Origin: a virus
IMG/VR virus record: IMGVR_UViG_3300022555_000010
Location: 32,001 to 96,000 of that record
Strand: one strand, 5' to 3'
Length of the DNA: 64,000 nt
Below are positions 47,243 through 56,975 of this stretch, one piece after another; the first letter of the stretch is position 1; each line of letters begins with the position of its first letter. The notes under the pieces are model-generated. The model was given only the letters and a program-made list of their open reading frames with translations. It was not told the origin of the DNA and did no database searches. Position numbers and translations under genes: made by a program.

Positions 47243-49192
47243 ATGAACATACCAAAAACAGCAATTTCAATGGACTTAAGGAAGTTTCGCCAAAGTGGCT
47301 TTAAAGAGGAATTTATCCTCGACGGAGGGATCTATGTCCCTCGTGAGATGCAGATAGAGGCCATCCACGAACACCAGGATTCGCGATACGCGATGATCGT
47401 GGGTCCTACAGGGAACGGCAAGTCTAAGGCTATCTGGACCATTTCCATGATTCAATTGAATCGGAAATTGATTCGCAAGGCGGTTGTTCTCGTACCTCAG
47501 ACGATTATTGGCAAGTCATACGACGATGGGATTATGAGGGTCGATGGTATCGGGGATGTGGAATGGATTGTGGCCCCGAAGGATCGGCTCACAAGCCCTA
47601 CGACCTCTGACATTGTCAAGACGGCTCATGTTAAGGAGTTCTTGAGGTCGAAACGAAAGACTCTCGTCTGCACTTATCATTCATTTGTGGCGGCATACAA
47701 GTCTTTGTCGAAGAAGGATAAGAAGGCCTTGTTTGCCGGTGTGATGGTGTGGGTGGATGAGTGTCATCATCTGGCTTTCGCAAAGAACGGCCAACGGGCA
47801 GAGTTCAATTGCCTGGGACATATCATTGATGAGTTGATGGAAAATGTTCCGACTTGTCGTATTGGAATGGCAACGGCGACATATTGCCGGGGAGATTTAG
47901 GGGCTATCCTTAAGCCTGAGACATACTCGAAATTCAAGGTCTACGAGTATTCGTATGACCGGTACTTCAAGGCGATGAAGTATCTGGAGACATTCGAGTT
48001 CAAGTTTATTCCCTATCAGAGAAAGAAGGGGGAATTTCCTCCCGCAAAGATTATTGCTGAAATGTTCGACAAGTGGAATGCCAAGACAATTGCTTATGTT
48101 CCTTCCGTGAACAGTTCTTGTTCTCATGGTAAGGATCACGAAGTTCAGAAAATTATGGAGGCTCTCGGGACTGATGAGGCCGGAAAGACGGAATATCCGG
48201 AAGACGAAAACGGAATAATTCACATTACTCGGCCTGATGGTACAAAACTGAAGGTGATGAATCTTGTGGCCGAAGAAGGTCGGAATGTTAAGAAGGCCTA
48301 TATCGAGGAGATTCGGAATGACAAGGACCCGGAGATCCGTGAGAGAAATCGGCAGAAGCTGGATATGATCATTGCTCTCGGAATGTTCAAAGAGGGTGCT
48401 GACTGGGAGTTCGCTGAACGGTCAGTCATTATCGGGTATCGCGGAAGTCTTGTTGAGATGGTTCAGATTACGGGACGACTGTTTCGGGATATTCCCGGAA
48501 AGAAGCATGTTGAGGTCAACAATCTGATTGAGGCGACCCTGGCGACACAAACAGACGAGTTCGAGGGGGACCTCAACAAGGTAATGTTGTCGATATTTGG
48601 AGTGATGCTGATGGAGGATGTGTTCAGTCCGATTCGGATGGAGTCAGAACGGTCGGACAAGCCCGGCAGTAAAGACGGATATTTTGATTATCTGGCGGCG
48701 GCAATCCCGGCTGACAAGCGACAAGATTTCTTCGGTTCGGTGTTCTCTGATGTCATCAACAAACTCAAGAATTGTAATGATGGGGCTGTTGTAGAACGGT
48801 TTCGTGATGAAGAGTTTGAAGGGATTGTTAAGAAACATCTCAAAGATGGAGGATTTGACGACTCTCATCTGGACTTGATCTCGGAAAAGGTCTGGCGGAT
48901 GTTCACCAGAAGGGGTCTGAGGACTCAGGGGCTGGATATTAATGATGTTGGGATTAAAATCATTCGCCGGTCAAACCCATTGGCAGGGATTGTTGAATAC
49001 CTTTCTGACAAAAGGAACAGTGAAAGTCTGGAAATGATTAAGAAGGCATTCCAGGATAGTCGGATTACGCCGGAGGAATGGGTTCACATTGCGGAACTCC
49101 TGGAGAAAAAAAATGGTGGGTCACTCCCTTGTAATTCAGAAATGATAAGGATGAGGGAGCATAATAGTTTTATGGCGGAATTAAATAAATAG
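47243..49192 (+). CDS. superfamily 2 (DExH) helicase/ATPase ending in a half repeat
   Basis: GPTGNGKS, VDECHH, ATAT, KEGADW, QITGRLFR. Confidence 0.9.
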   Translation: MNIPKTAISMDLRKFRQSGFKEEFILDGGIYVPREMQIEAIHEHQDSRYAMIVGPTGNGKSKAIWTISMIQLNRKLIRKAVVLVPQTIIGKSYDDGIMRVDGIGDVEWIVAPKDRLTSPTTSDIVKTAHVKEFLRSKRKTLVCTYHSFVAAYKSLSKKDKKALFAGVMVWVDECHHLAFAKNGQRAEFNCLGHIIDELMENVPTCRIGMATATYCRGDLGAILKPETYSKFKVYEYSYDRYFKAMKYLETFEFKFIPYQRKKGEFPPAKIIAEMFDKWNAKTIAYVPSVNSSCSHGKDHEVQKIMEALGTDEAGKTEYPEDENGIIHITRPDGTKLKVMNLVAEEGRNVKKAYIEEIRNDKDPEIRERNRQKLDMIIALGMFKEGADWEFAERSVIIGYRGSLVEMVQITGRLFRDIPGKKHVEVNNLIEATLATQTDEFEGDLNKVMLSIFGVMLMEDVFSPIRMESERSDKPGSKDGYFDYLAAAIPADKRQDFFGSVFSDVINKLKNCNDGAVVERFRDEEFEGIVKKHLKDGGFDDSHLDLISEKVWRMFTRRGLRTQGLDINDVGIKIIRRSNPLAGIVEYLSDKRNSESLEMIKKAFQDSRITPEEWVHIAELLEKKNGGSLPCNSEMIRMREHNSFMAELNK

Positions 49193-49195
49193 ACC

Positions 49196-50338
49196 ATGAA
49201 TGATCAGGACATCATCGATATAGCCATCAGAGGTCGGGCAACTGGGAGTGGATTGTGGCACGCAATGCGGAGTAATCCAAAATTGTTTGCACATCTCAAA
49301 CAAGAATGTAAGCGAGGCAAAACACCGGAAGAATGGGTCGTTATTGCCGAAAAACTGGCGGAAGAACACAATGGAATATTGCCTCGTCCTATCTGGTTAG
49401 AGGCAAATGGTTACAAAGGATTGTATGCTTGTATTCGTCGGTGTCCAAGTTTTTTCAAGCATATCAAACAGGATAGAAAACAGAGGCCTATCGAGGAGTG
49501 GGTGTCGATTGCCGAGGGAATAGCCAAAGATCATGATGGAGTCATTCCTAGGCCAAGATGGTTGATTGAAAATGGGTACAGTGGACTAGCCAGGATGATG
49601 AAAGAGAATCCCGATGAGTTTAAACACATAAGTCAAAACAAGATGATTAAAATAAAGCCTGAGTCATTGGTTCCCGTTGTCGAAAAACTGGCAAAAGACA
49701 ATGGTGGGATTTTACAAAAACAATGTTGGCTTCATAGTAATGGGTATTCAGGAGTGGTTGCCGCGATAAAAAGACATCCTGAGTTGTTTACCCACATTCA
49801 AATGGAAAGAGTTATATACCGCAATTTGGATGAGTGGGTGGTGTTTGCCGAGAAATTGGCTGAAGAAAACGGTGGAGTGATTCGGGCCGGTGAATGGTTG
49901 AATAAGAATGGGCATTACGGACTTAAACGGATGATGAAGAAGTTCCCGGAGAGATTTGCCCACATTAAACAAGAACGGGAAAATTTGTCGGTCGATGATT
50001 GGGTTGTGGTTGCTGACAGATTAGCAGTAGAACACGAAGGTCTGTTGCCTCATTATGATTGGTTGGCAAACAATGGTTACACTGGTTTGTGTCGGGCGAT
50101 CAGGTTTAATCCTGACAAGTTTTTACATCTTCTTCGTGATGTAAGACGAAGGACACCGAAAGCCTGGGTCATCATTGCTGACAAATTGGTAGAGGAGAAT
50201 AATGGTATTTTCCCAACGCAAGAGTGGTTGAAAAAGAATGGATACGGTGGCCTATCTTGTTGTGTTTGTAAGCACCCCGAATTTTTCAAACACATCAAGC
50301 GTAATAAGCCTTGCGAGAGAGTGGCGAAGGCGGCATGA
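49196..50338 (+). CDS. tandem ~55-aa helical repeat protein 1 (6 repeats)
   Basis: EEWxxIAEKLAxxNGGxLPxxxWLxxNGYxGLxxxxxxxPxxFKHIKQ. Confidence 0.85.
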   Translation: MNDQDIIDIAIRGRATGSGLWHAMRSNPKLFAHLKQECKRGKTPEEWVVIAEKLAEEHNGILPRPIWLEANGYKGLYACIRRCPSFFKHIKQDRKQRPIEEWVSIAEGIAKDHDGVIPRPRWLIENGYSGLARMMKENPDEFKHISQNKMIKIKPESLVPVVEKLAKDNGGILQKQCWLHSNGYSGVVAAIKRHPELFTHIQMERVIYRNLDEWVVFAEKLAEENGGVIRAGEWLNKNGHYGLKRMMKKFPERFAHIKQERENLSVDDWVVVADRLAVEHEGLLPHYDWLANNGYTGLCRAIRFNPDKFLHLLRDVRRRTPKAWVIIADKLVEENNGIFPTQEWLKKNGYGGLSCCVCKHPEFFKHIKRNKPCERVAKAA

Positions 50339-50432
50339 TTTAGCCGCGTTGGAGACTTGTGTCTACAGACATCCAGGTTGTTCAAACACATTCCCCAGGA
50401 TCGGAGACGGTGGACCCGGAATCGACTTGAAA
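50339..50432 (+). pseudogene. degenerate remnant of a further repeat
   Basis: ALETCVYRHP-(frameshift)-LFKHIPQD. Confidence 0.5.
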
Positions 50433-50446
50433 AAGTTGCATAATCT

Positions 50447-50476
50447 TTCCGTATTTATGACAAGTTTTCGCAATGT
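50447..50476 (+). promoter_or_regulatory. phage promoter-like motif, leaderless (ATG 50483)
   Basis: TTCCGTAT-N15-GCAATGT-N6-ATG. Confidence 0.85.
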
Positions 50477-50482
50477 ATTGGT

Positions 50483-51622
50483 ATGAATGAGAAAGATGTC
50501 ATAGATACAGCCATTAGAGGAAAAGCAACTGGACCTGGATTGATAAGATTCATGTTTAATAATCCAGAACTTTTCAAGCACATATCGCGTGACCATAAAC
50601 ATAATTCCGCAGAAGAGTGGGTTCCCATTGCTGAGAAGTTGGCAAAAGAAAATGGTGGAATACTACAGAGTAGGGGCTGGTTGCAGAAAAACGGATACAG
50701 TGGTTTGTCCAGGGTATTGATAAATTGTCCCAAACTTTTCAAACATATCAAGCAGGAAAAAATGAAAAGGTCACGAATGGAATGGATACCCATCGCCGAG
50801 AAACTGACAAAAGAGAATGGTGGAATACTGCCTTGTAAGCATTGGTTGGTAAAGAACGGTTATTGGGGACTATCAGACTGTATTCGGAAGTTTCCTAAAC
50901 TTTTCAAACATATTAAACAGGAGAAGCGGGGAGGCAAGTCACCGAAAGAGTGGATTCACATTGCCGAGAAATTGGCAAAAGAAAATGGTGGAATACTACC
51001 TTATGGGCGTTGGTTGGGAAAGAATGGATACAATGGATTGTTGTGTGCTATTCGTACTTATCCGGAACTTTTCAAACATATTAAACAGGAGAAGCGGGGA
51101 GGCAAGTCACCGAAAGAGTGGATTCACATTGCCGAGAAATTGGCAAAAGAAAATGGTGGAATACTACAGAATAGTGGGTGGTTGCAGAAAAACGGATACA
51201 GTGGTTTGTCTGCGGTATTGATAAGTTGTTCGGAACTTTTCAAACATATTAAACAGGAGAAGCGGGGAGGAAAGCCGCCTGAAGAGTGGATTCCAATTGC
51301 TGAGAAGTTGGCAAAAGAAAATGGTGGAGTATTACAAAATCATTTTTGGTTGTGTCAGAATCAGTACAGTGGACTTTCGGCTTGTATTAAAAATAATCCG
51401 GAAATGTTCAAGCATCTCAAGGTTGAAAAATGCGTTAAAAGAATAGAAGAATGGCTTCTGATTGCGAAGAGATTAACAAAAGAGAATGGTGGAGTCCTGC
51501 CGACTCATTTGTGGATTAGAGAGAATGGATACTGTGGGTTGTCGTCTTGCATATTAAAGAATCCGGAAATGTTTAAGCATCTCGGGTTACGATTAAAGCC
51601 GCAAAGAAGGTCCAAGGCATGA
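50483..51622 (+). CDS. tandem repeat protein 2 (6 repeats)
   Basis: same repeat; same N-terminal cap. Confidence 0.85.
   Translation: MNEKDVIDTAIRGKATGPGLIRFMFNNPELFKHISRDHKHNSAEEWVPIAEKLAKENGGILQSRGWLQKNGYSGLSRVLINCPKLFKHIKQEKMKRSRMEWIPIAEKLTKENGGILPCKHWLVKNGYWGLSDCIRKFPKLFKHIKQEKRGGKSPKEWIHIAEKLAKENGGILPYGRWLGKNGYNGLLCAIRTYPELFKHIKQEKRGGKSPKEWIHIAEKLAKENGGILQNSGWLQKNGYSGLSAVLISCSELFKHIKQEKRGGKPPEEWIPIAEKLAKENGGVLQNHFWLCQNQYSGLSACIKNNPEMFKHLKVEKCVKRIEEWLLIAKRLTKENGGVLPTHLWIRENGYCGLSSCILKNPEMFKHLGLRLKPQRRSKA
50898..51167 (+). repeat. exact 102-bp direct repeat, period 168 bp
   Basis: 50898-50999 = 51066-51167. Confidence 0.85.
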
Positions 51623-52602
51623 AAGAGAAGGATGTCATAGAGATAGCGGTTCGTGGTCAGGCGACGGGATTGGGACTTATCGGTGCAATGCGTCGGCATC
51701 CAGATCTTTTTATTCATATTGAAAAAGACAGCAAAGACGGAAAGACGCCCCAAGAGTGGGTTTTAATTGCTGAAAAGATGTCTGAAGATAATGGTGGAAT
51801 ATTACAGTCAAATGGTTGGCTTCAAAACAATGGGTATGCGGGATTAGCAAATGCCATTAGAGAACATCCCGAACTTTTCAAGAGCGTTAAGCGAGAATTT
51901 AAAGGTGGCAAGACGAGAGGAGAATGGGTGAGGATTGCTGGGGAAATAGCGAAAGGGAATAATGGCAAGTTGCCGACTAATGCTTGGCTTATTGAAAATG
52001 GATATGGAAAGATGGTATCCGTGAGGTATAAATGGCCAGAACTTTTCAATCACATCGGGCAGGAAAGGAAAGTGAAGACATTAAAAGAATGGGTAGCCAC
52101 AGCAGAGAGGTTGGCAAAAAAGAACGATGGAATAATACCTTGTGACGGGTGGTTGAGAAAGAATGGATATGTTGGGCTACATTCTTGTATGTATAAACAT
52201 CCAGATTTTTTTAAACATCTAAAACAAGATTTTAATGGTGGTAAAAAACCAGACGAGTGGGTAAAAGAGGCGGAAAAATTGGCATCGTTAAATGAAGGGA
52301 TTTTACCGAGTGGAACATGGCTTCGTAATAATGGGTTTACAGGATTGCGTAATACGATTTATAAGTGGCCAGAACTTTTCCAGAATATTAAACAGGACCA
52401 TCAAAGGAAGTCGGCGGAAGAATGGGTTGTTTTGGCAGAGGGACTGGCAAGAGATAATGGAGGAATGTTGCCCAACAGTGGCTGGCTTCAGAGGAATGGA
52501 TATTTTGCATTATATCGTGTTTTCAGGATGAATCCGAATTTGTTCGGTCATATTAAATGTTGGAAGAGGAGTAAAGGTGAGAGAAATGAGCAGGTTAAGT
52601 AG
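51619..52602 (+). CDS. tandem repeat protein 3 (5 repeats)
   Basis: same repeat; same N-terminal cap. Confidence 0.85.
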   Translation: MKEKDVIEIAVRGQATGLGLIGAMRRHPDLFIHIEKDSKDGKTPQEWVLIAEKMSEDNGGILQSNGWLQNNGYAGLANAIREHPELFKSVKREFKGGKTRGEWVRIAGEIAKGNNGKLPTNAWLIENGYGKMVSVRYKWPELFNHIGQERKVKTLKEWVATAERLAKKNDGIIPCDGWLRKNGYVGLHSCMYKHPDFFKHLKQDFNGGKKPDEWVKEAEKLASLNEGILPSGTWLRNNGFTGLRNTIYKWPELFQNIKQDHQRKSAEEWVVLAEGLARDNGGMLPNSGWLQRNGYFALYRVFRMNPNLFGHIKCWKRSKGERNEQVK

Positions 52603-53296
52603 TTCATCAATAGGGTTCAGGAACAAGGACTGGGGGTCAGAAAAGAAGAAGGCGGCACGGTCGCAATCCATTTTCGGGGTCTATCGTCAGGTCATGGAAC
52701 GAGAATCTCTCCCGGATGACAAACAGTATTGGACATTGGCCGGGAAACACACAAGTCCTGGGTGTGAACTACCACACGCCATCAGTGACGGTCTTATTCA
52801 TTCTCATGATCAGTTTCACGGCGTAGACTATGAGGCAGATGTTGTTAGGCACAATCGAAAGAGTTACCCGGAGGCTCATTGGCACAAGGACGAGTTTACT
52901 TGTGCCTTGGAGAAAGCCAAGTCGTTCAATCCTGGTCTGATTAACTTTGATATGGTCTGTATGGTAGACAATGCTTGTCTGGGCATAGCCCAAGCATTAC
53001 ACATCTTGGTAGAAAGAGAAGTTTCCGGGGTAATGATGGCGGCGAACTTCTTGTTGAACAATCCGAGGGAGGTTTCCGCGATGTGTCATTCCCCATTGGA
53101 TGTTTGGGAATGGTTCTATCGGTCAGCAAGTCAGGGAAATACGCTCAGGAGGGCGATGAACCGGGGATGGGAAGTTCATACAAAGGCATATCTGTATGAC
53201 GGAGCCGACAAGGTTTCAAGGTCGTATATGCAGACAGTGTATTTCTTCCGCAAGGAAGAGAGTGGCGAGAGTATAATAAGGAAACAAGGAGAATAA
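52586..53296 (+). CDS. hypothetical protein, possible SAM-methyltransferase-like fold
   Basis: YWTLAG...FHGVD...LINFD spacing resembles motifs I, II and IV. Confidence 0.4.
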   Translation: MSRLSSSSIGFRNKDWGSEKKKAARSQSIFGVYRQVMERESLPDDKQYWTLAGKHTSPGCELPHAISDGLIHSHDQFHGVDYEADVVRHNRKSYPEAHWHKDEFTCALEKAKSFNPGLINFDMVCMVDNACLGIAQALHILVEREVSGVMMAANFLLNNPREVSAMCHSPLDVWEWFYRSASQGNTLRRAMNRGWEVHTKAYLYDGADKVSRSYMQTVYFFRKEESGESIIRKQGE

Positions 53297-53299
53297 AGC

Positions 53300-53926
53300 A
53301 TGAAGAAGTCAAAAGGTACGTTGGCGGCAGAGAAGGCATGGAAGACAATGAAGGAACAGGAGGCTACTATGACTCCCAAACAGTTGAAGGAATTACACCT
53401 GAAACGAAGTAATGCTTCAAAAAGGGCGTGGAAGACAATGAGGGCGGACAAGGTTCATAATTATCTTGGCAAGCCAGCCGCAGGATTTGTAAAAATTGCC
53501 GAGAAGTTGGCAAAAGACAATGGTGGGGTATTACCTCGTATGGATTTGATGGCGAAGTTTGAAACATTCTCAGTGTTCCGAGGATTCGGCGGGGGATGTG
53601 TCGCTCACGGAATGAGCCTAGTTGCTAGATTTTTGGCCACTGATCCCAGGAACGCTGCTGAGACGGCAGCCAAGAAGATGAAAATCAAGTTGGACCCAAA
53701 GCAACAGACTCTTTCTTCGTTCAGGACGGACACACTCAAGGAGCCAGTCTCGTTGTCATATTTCTTCGAGGAGAATGACGGTGAAGAGATCATTGTGGTT
53801 CTTGAAGGCTCATTTTCAGAAAATGAGGCTGACGATATCGTTGAAAAGGACTTTGCCAGATACACCGCGAAACGAGAAGCGGCACTCAAGGCCTGGAAGA
53901 CGATTCGCAAAAACAAGGCTGCATGA
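53300..53926 (+). CDS. protein with three A-x-[KR]-A-W-K-T repeats and one first-half repeat
   Basis: AEKAWKTM, SKRAWKTM, ALKAWKTI; FVKIAEKLAKDNGGVLP. Confidence 0.7.
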   Translation: MKKSKGTLAAEKAWKTMKEQEATMTPKQLKELHLKRSNASKRAWKTMRADKVHNYLGKPAAGFVKIAEKLAKDNGGVLPRMDLMAKFETFSVFRGFGGGCVAHGMSLVARFLATDPRNAAETAAKKMKIKLDPKQQTLSSFRTDTLKEPVSLSYFFEENDGEEIIVVLEGSFSENEADDIVEKDFARYTAKREAALKAWKTIRKNKAA

Positions 53927-54552
53927 ACACAGCACAGCAGGAACTTGATATCCGGAAGAAGGATCTCGCCCGTAAGAGGTCAGAGAATGCCCTCCTCAAC
54001 AGGCAGATCGATACTTCCGAAAAGAGAATCCTTGAGTTAGTTGCCAGTCTGGATCTAGCCAAGGATGCTCTCGTCTTCCTCACCGACCTGGCAGACGGTC
54101 GTCGGGGAGCAATGAAGGGTAAGATCGAAACGGTCGTCACAGAGGCTCTCAGACTCATCTACGGGAATTCCTACCGTATCGAGTTGTCATACTCCGTGAA
54201 GAACAACCGGTCTAACCTGGAAATAGAGATGGTCCGGGATACGGCAACCGGGGAAGTTCGACGGGATATGAACGGTTTCGGGGGTGGTGTCGCAGATACA
54301 ATCAGTGTCCCGCTTCGTTTAATGGTCCTGGTTGGCTCCAGGAAGACTGACAAGGTATGTATCCTTGATGAGTGCTGGAAACACATTGATGCAGGCAGGA
54401 TCGAACTCGTGGGCAAGTTCTTGAGGGCATTGTCGGAGCAACTGGGGATGCAGGTGATTTTCGCAACACATCATCTTCCGTTACAGCAATTTGCGGATCA
54501 GGTTTATCATACGAGTGAGAAAGATGGTAAGTCGGCAGTCAAAGTTGCGTAA
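53923..54552 (+). CDS. C-terminal half of a Rad50/SbcC-type ABC ATPase
   Basis: coiled coil, signature-like FGGG, Walker B ILDE, H-loop FATH; no Walker A. Confidence 0.8.
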   Translation: MNTAQQELDIRKKDLARKRSENALLNRQIDTSEKRILELVASLDLAKDALVFLTDLADGRRGAMKGKIETVVTEALRLIYGNSYRIELSYSVKNNRSNLEIEMVRDTATGEVRRDMNGFGGGVADTISVPLRLMVLVGSRKTDKVCILDECWKHIDAGRIELVGKFLRALSEQLGMQVIFATHHLPLQQFADQVYHTSEKDGKSAVKVA

Positions 54553-54619
54553 GATTTGGGTATAGTGAATCAACAGCCGGTAATTCCGGTTGGCAATATT
54601 AAACAATAGGAGTTGAAGA

Positions 54620-55153
54620 ATGGCAAAGCGAGAGATTAAGGCAGTTGAAGCGTCGGCAGATGTCGCCGCGATTATCGACCGGGGTTCAGACGTTGATATT
54701 CAGATTAAGAACCTCTCAAGTGAGGACAAGGGTTTGAAAACCAAGATTACTGAGGCGGCTCAGAATCAGTTAAATCCTGGGGAGTTGAGTGTCAGGTTAC
54801 TCGGCAAGACGGCCGCAGCGGTCGTCAGTGGGGTAGAGAAGATTGACCTCGATGTGAATGCGGAACAGTTCCCGGTCGTCCGTGAGGCCATATTGAACGG
54901 CTTGATGGGTGGGATTGTGGAACGAAATGTCTGTCTGGTGGTCCCTCCGGGAGATATCGAGAAGGCGGCGGGAATCTTGACGGCGGCGGGTATCAGGGCA
55001 ACGGTGACGGAATCAATCAAGGTTGTCGATGCTGCTGTTCTGACGGGTAATGCTGGTTATGCTGTGACGGTTCAGGCAGGGCAAGCGATTGAGGCGTTGA
55101 AGAAGTGTGTGAAGAAGGATGTTTCATTCAGGGTTAAATACGAGAAGGCGTAA
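54620..55153 (+). CDS. hypothetical protein
   Basis: SD AGGAG; ORF. Confidence 0.7.
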   Translation: MAKREIKAVEASADVAAIIDRGSDVDIQIKNLSSEDKGLKTKITEAAQNQLNPGELSVRLLGKTAAAVVSGVEKIDLDVNAEQFPVVREAILNGLMGGIVERNVCLVVPPGDIEKAAGILTAAGIRATVTESIKVVDAAVLTGNAGYAVTVQAGQAIEALKKCVKKDVSFRVKYEKA

Positions 55154-55161
55154 GGTTTATT

Positions 55162-56436
55162 ATGGCACCGAAAAAAGATACTGAGCAGGAGATTTCGTTC
55201 GCGGGTTGTTACGGGGAAAAAGTAACCTATGAGCAGCTCGATGATTTCCTTGTTGATGCATTCGCTTCAAACCGGGACTCGGAAGAGTCAAAGTCGGATG
55301 AGCGTTTCTCAACTTGTATTTGGGGACACGCCGGGATTGGCAAGACGGCCAAGGTTAAGCAACATTGCCGGAAACCGTTGACTTGGAATGGGAAGAAATA
55401 TCCGGGATACAAGGTGTTCGATGTTCCGATTGCCCAGTTCGAGGAAATGGGAGATCTTCACGGTATGCCTTCCCGGCATATGAAGGTGGCCAAAGCCGGA
55501 GACGGAGCACCACAGGAGATTTGGGTTCCTGAAGAAGTTCACCAGAGTTGGTTGAAGGACGGATGGGAGATCATGCCTTCGGCTGGGGTGCGGACAATGT
55601 ATGCTCCTCCTGACTGGGTGCCGGCAGAAGCGGGTCCGAGCATTCTTCTGTTGGATGACTGGAATCGTGCATCGGTTCGTATCATCAAGGGAATCATGCA
55701 GTTGCTTCAGAACTACGGGATGGTATCTTGGAAGTTACCGCCTGGGTGTAACATTGTTCTGACGGCAAACCCGGATGAGCAGGACTATCTTGTGACGTCA
55801 ATTGACAATGCCATTCTGACTCGAATTCGGAGTATCACATTGAAGCATGATGCGAAGGAATGGGCGATTTGGGCACAGGCGGACAATCTGGACCCTCGTG
55901 GGATCAACTTCCTGCTTCGGTATCCGGAGATGATGATTGGTAATGCTCGGACGAATCCCCGGACGCTGGCACAATGTTTCCGGGATATGCGTCGAATTCC
56001 CGAACTGAAGTCGAAGGAAGATCAGATGCGTTTCAAGACGATGGCGATGTCTCTTCTGGACGAGGAGACGGTTTCATCGTTGATTGTCTTTATGGAGCGT
56101 GATGTCGAGTTAATCATCGAGCCGGATCAGATTCTGGCCGGTCAGGATTGGCAGTGGATTGAAGGGCATGTCGCGAAACTGATGGGAAGTCGTGAGAAGC
56201 GTGTGGATGTCCTGGGGGTCATTTGTGACCGTTTGTTTGCTCACTTGGTTCAGCCGGGGACAAAGGCAGATGAAACGTCAGTGAAGAACTTTCAGAGGTT
56301 CCTTACGATGGACGATATTCCGGAGGATTTGAGGCACAATCTCTGTATGAGGCTTTCACGGGTGAAGAACCAGAAGGATCATCAGTGGATTCTGAGAAAC
56401 GAAAAACTGACCAAACTTATTATGCAGGTCATTTGA
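55162..56436 (+). CDS. MoxR-type AAA+ ATPase
   Basis: WGHAGIGKT, LLLDDWNRA, LTANP, IDNAILTR, NPRT. Confidence 0.85.
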   Translation: MAPKKDTEQEISFAGCYGEKVTYEQLDDFLVDAFASNRDSEESKSDERFSTCIWGHAGIGKTAKVKQHCRKPLTWNGKKYPGYKVFDVPIAQFEEMGDLHGMPSRHMKVAKAGDGAPQEIWVPEEVHQSWLKDGWEIMPSAGVRTMYAPPDWVPAEAGPSILLLDDWNRASVRIIKGIMQLLQNYGMVSWKLPPGCNIVLTANPDEQDYLVTSIDNAILTRIRSITLKHDAKEWAIWAQADNLDPRGINFLLRYPEMMIGNARTNPRTLAQCFRDMRRIPELKSKEDQMRFKTMAMSLLDEETVSSLIVFMERDVELIIEPDQILAGQDWQWIEGHVAKLMGSREKRVDVLGVICDRLFAHLVQPGTKADETSVKNFQRFLTMDDIPEDLRHNLCMRLSRVKNQKDHQWILRNEKLTKLIMQVI

Positions 56437-56972
56437 TGGATCGGAAAGAATATAATCGAGAATATCATTTAATCCATAAGAAAGAGCATAATATTCGATC
56501 AAAGGCATGGTATCAGGACCATAAGGATATTATCTCAATAGATGGAAAGGCATGGAGAGATTCTAATCCCGAAGTTGTGAGCAAGAAGAATAAGTTGTAT
56601 GTATTAAATAATAAAGAAAAGCATAAGAAGAGATGTCGAGATTATCAGAGAGATCGAAGGTCAGTAGATCCTTGTTTTAAGTTGTTGTCAAATTTAAGAA
56701 GAAGGGTTTGTCATGCGATCACTGATGGGCATCGTTCTTTTCACACAAAAGAACTGGTCGGTTGCGATATTAAAGAATTGATGAGACATCTTGAGTCTAA
56801 ATTTCAGTCGGGAATGACTTGGGAAAATTATGGAGAATGGCACGTTGATCATATCAAGCCTTGTTCTTCTTTTGATTTGACCGACATTAATCAACAAAAG
56901 ATGTGTTTTAACTGGATGAATTTGCAACCATTGTGGGCATTAGAGAATATCAGGAAGAGTAATAAGATTTAA
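56436..56972 (+). CDS. HNH endonuclease-like protein (possibly homing type)
   Basis: MTWENYGEWHVDHIKPC..NLQPLWALENIRKSN; AT-rich; TGATG overlap. Confidence 0.8.
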   Translation: MDRKEYNREYHLIHKKEHNIRSKAWYQDHKDIISIDGKAWRDSNPEVVSKKNKLYVLNNKEKHKKRCRDYQRDRRSVDPCFKLLSNLRRRVCHAITDGHRSFHTKELVGCDIKELMRHLESKFQSGMTWENYGEWHVDHIKPCSSFDLTDINQQKMCFNWMNLQPLWALENIRKSNKI

Positions 56973-56975
56973 GGA

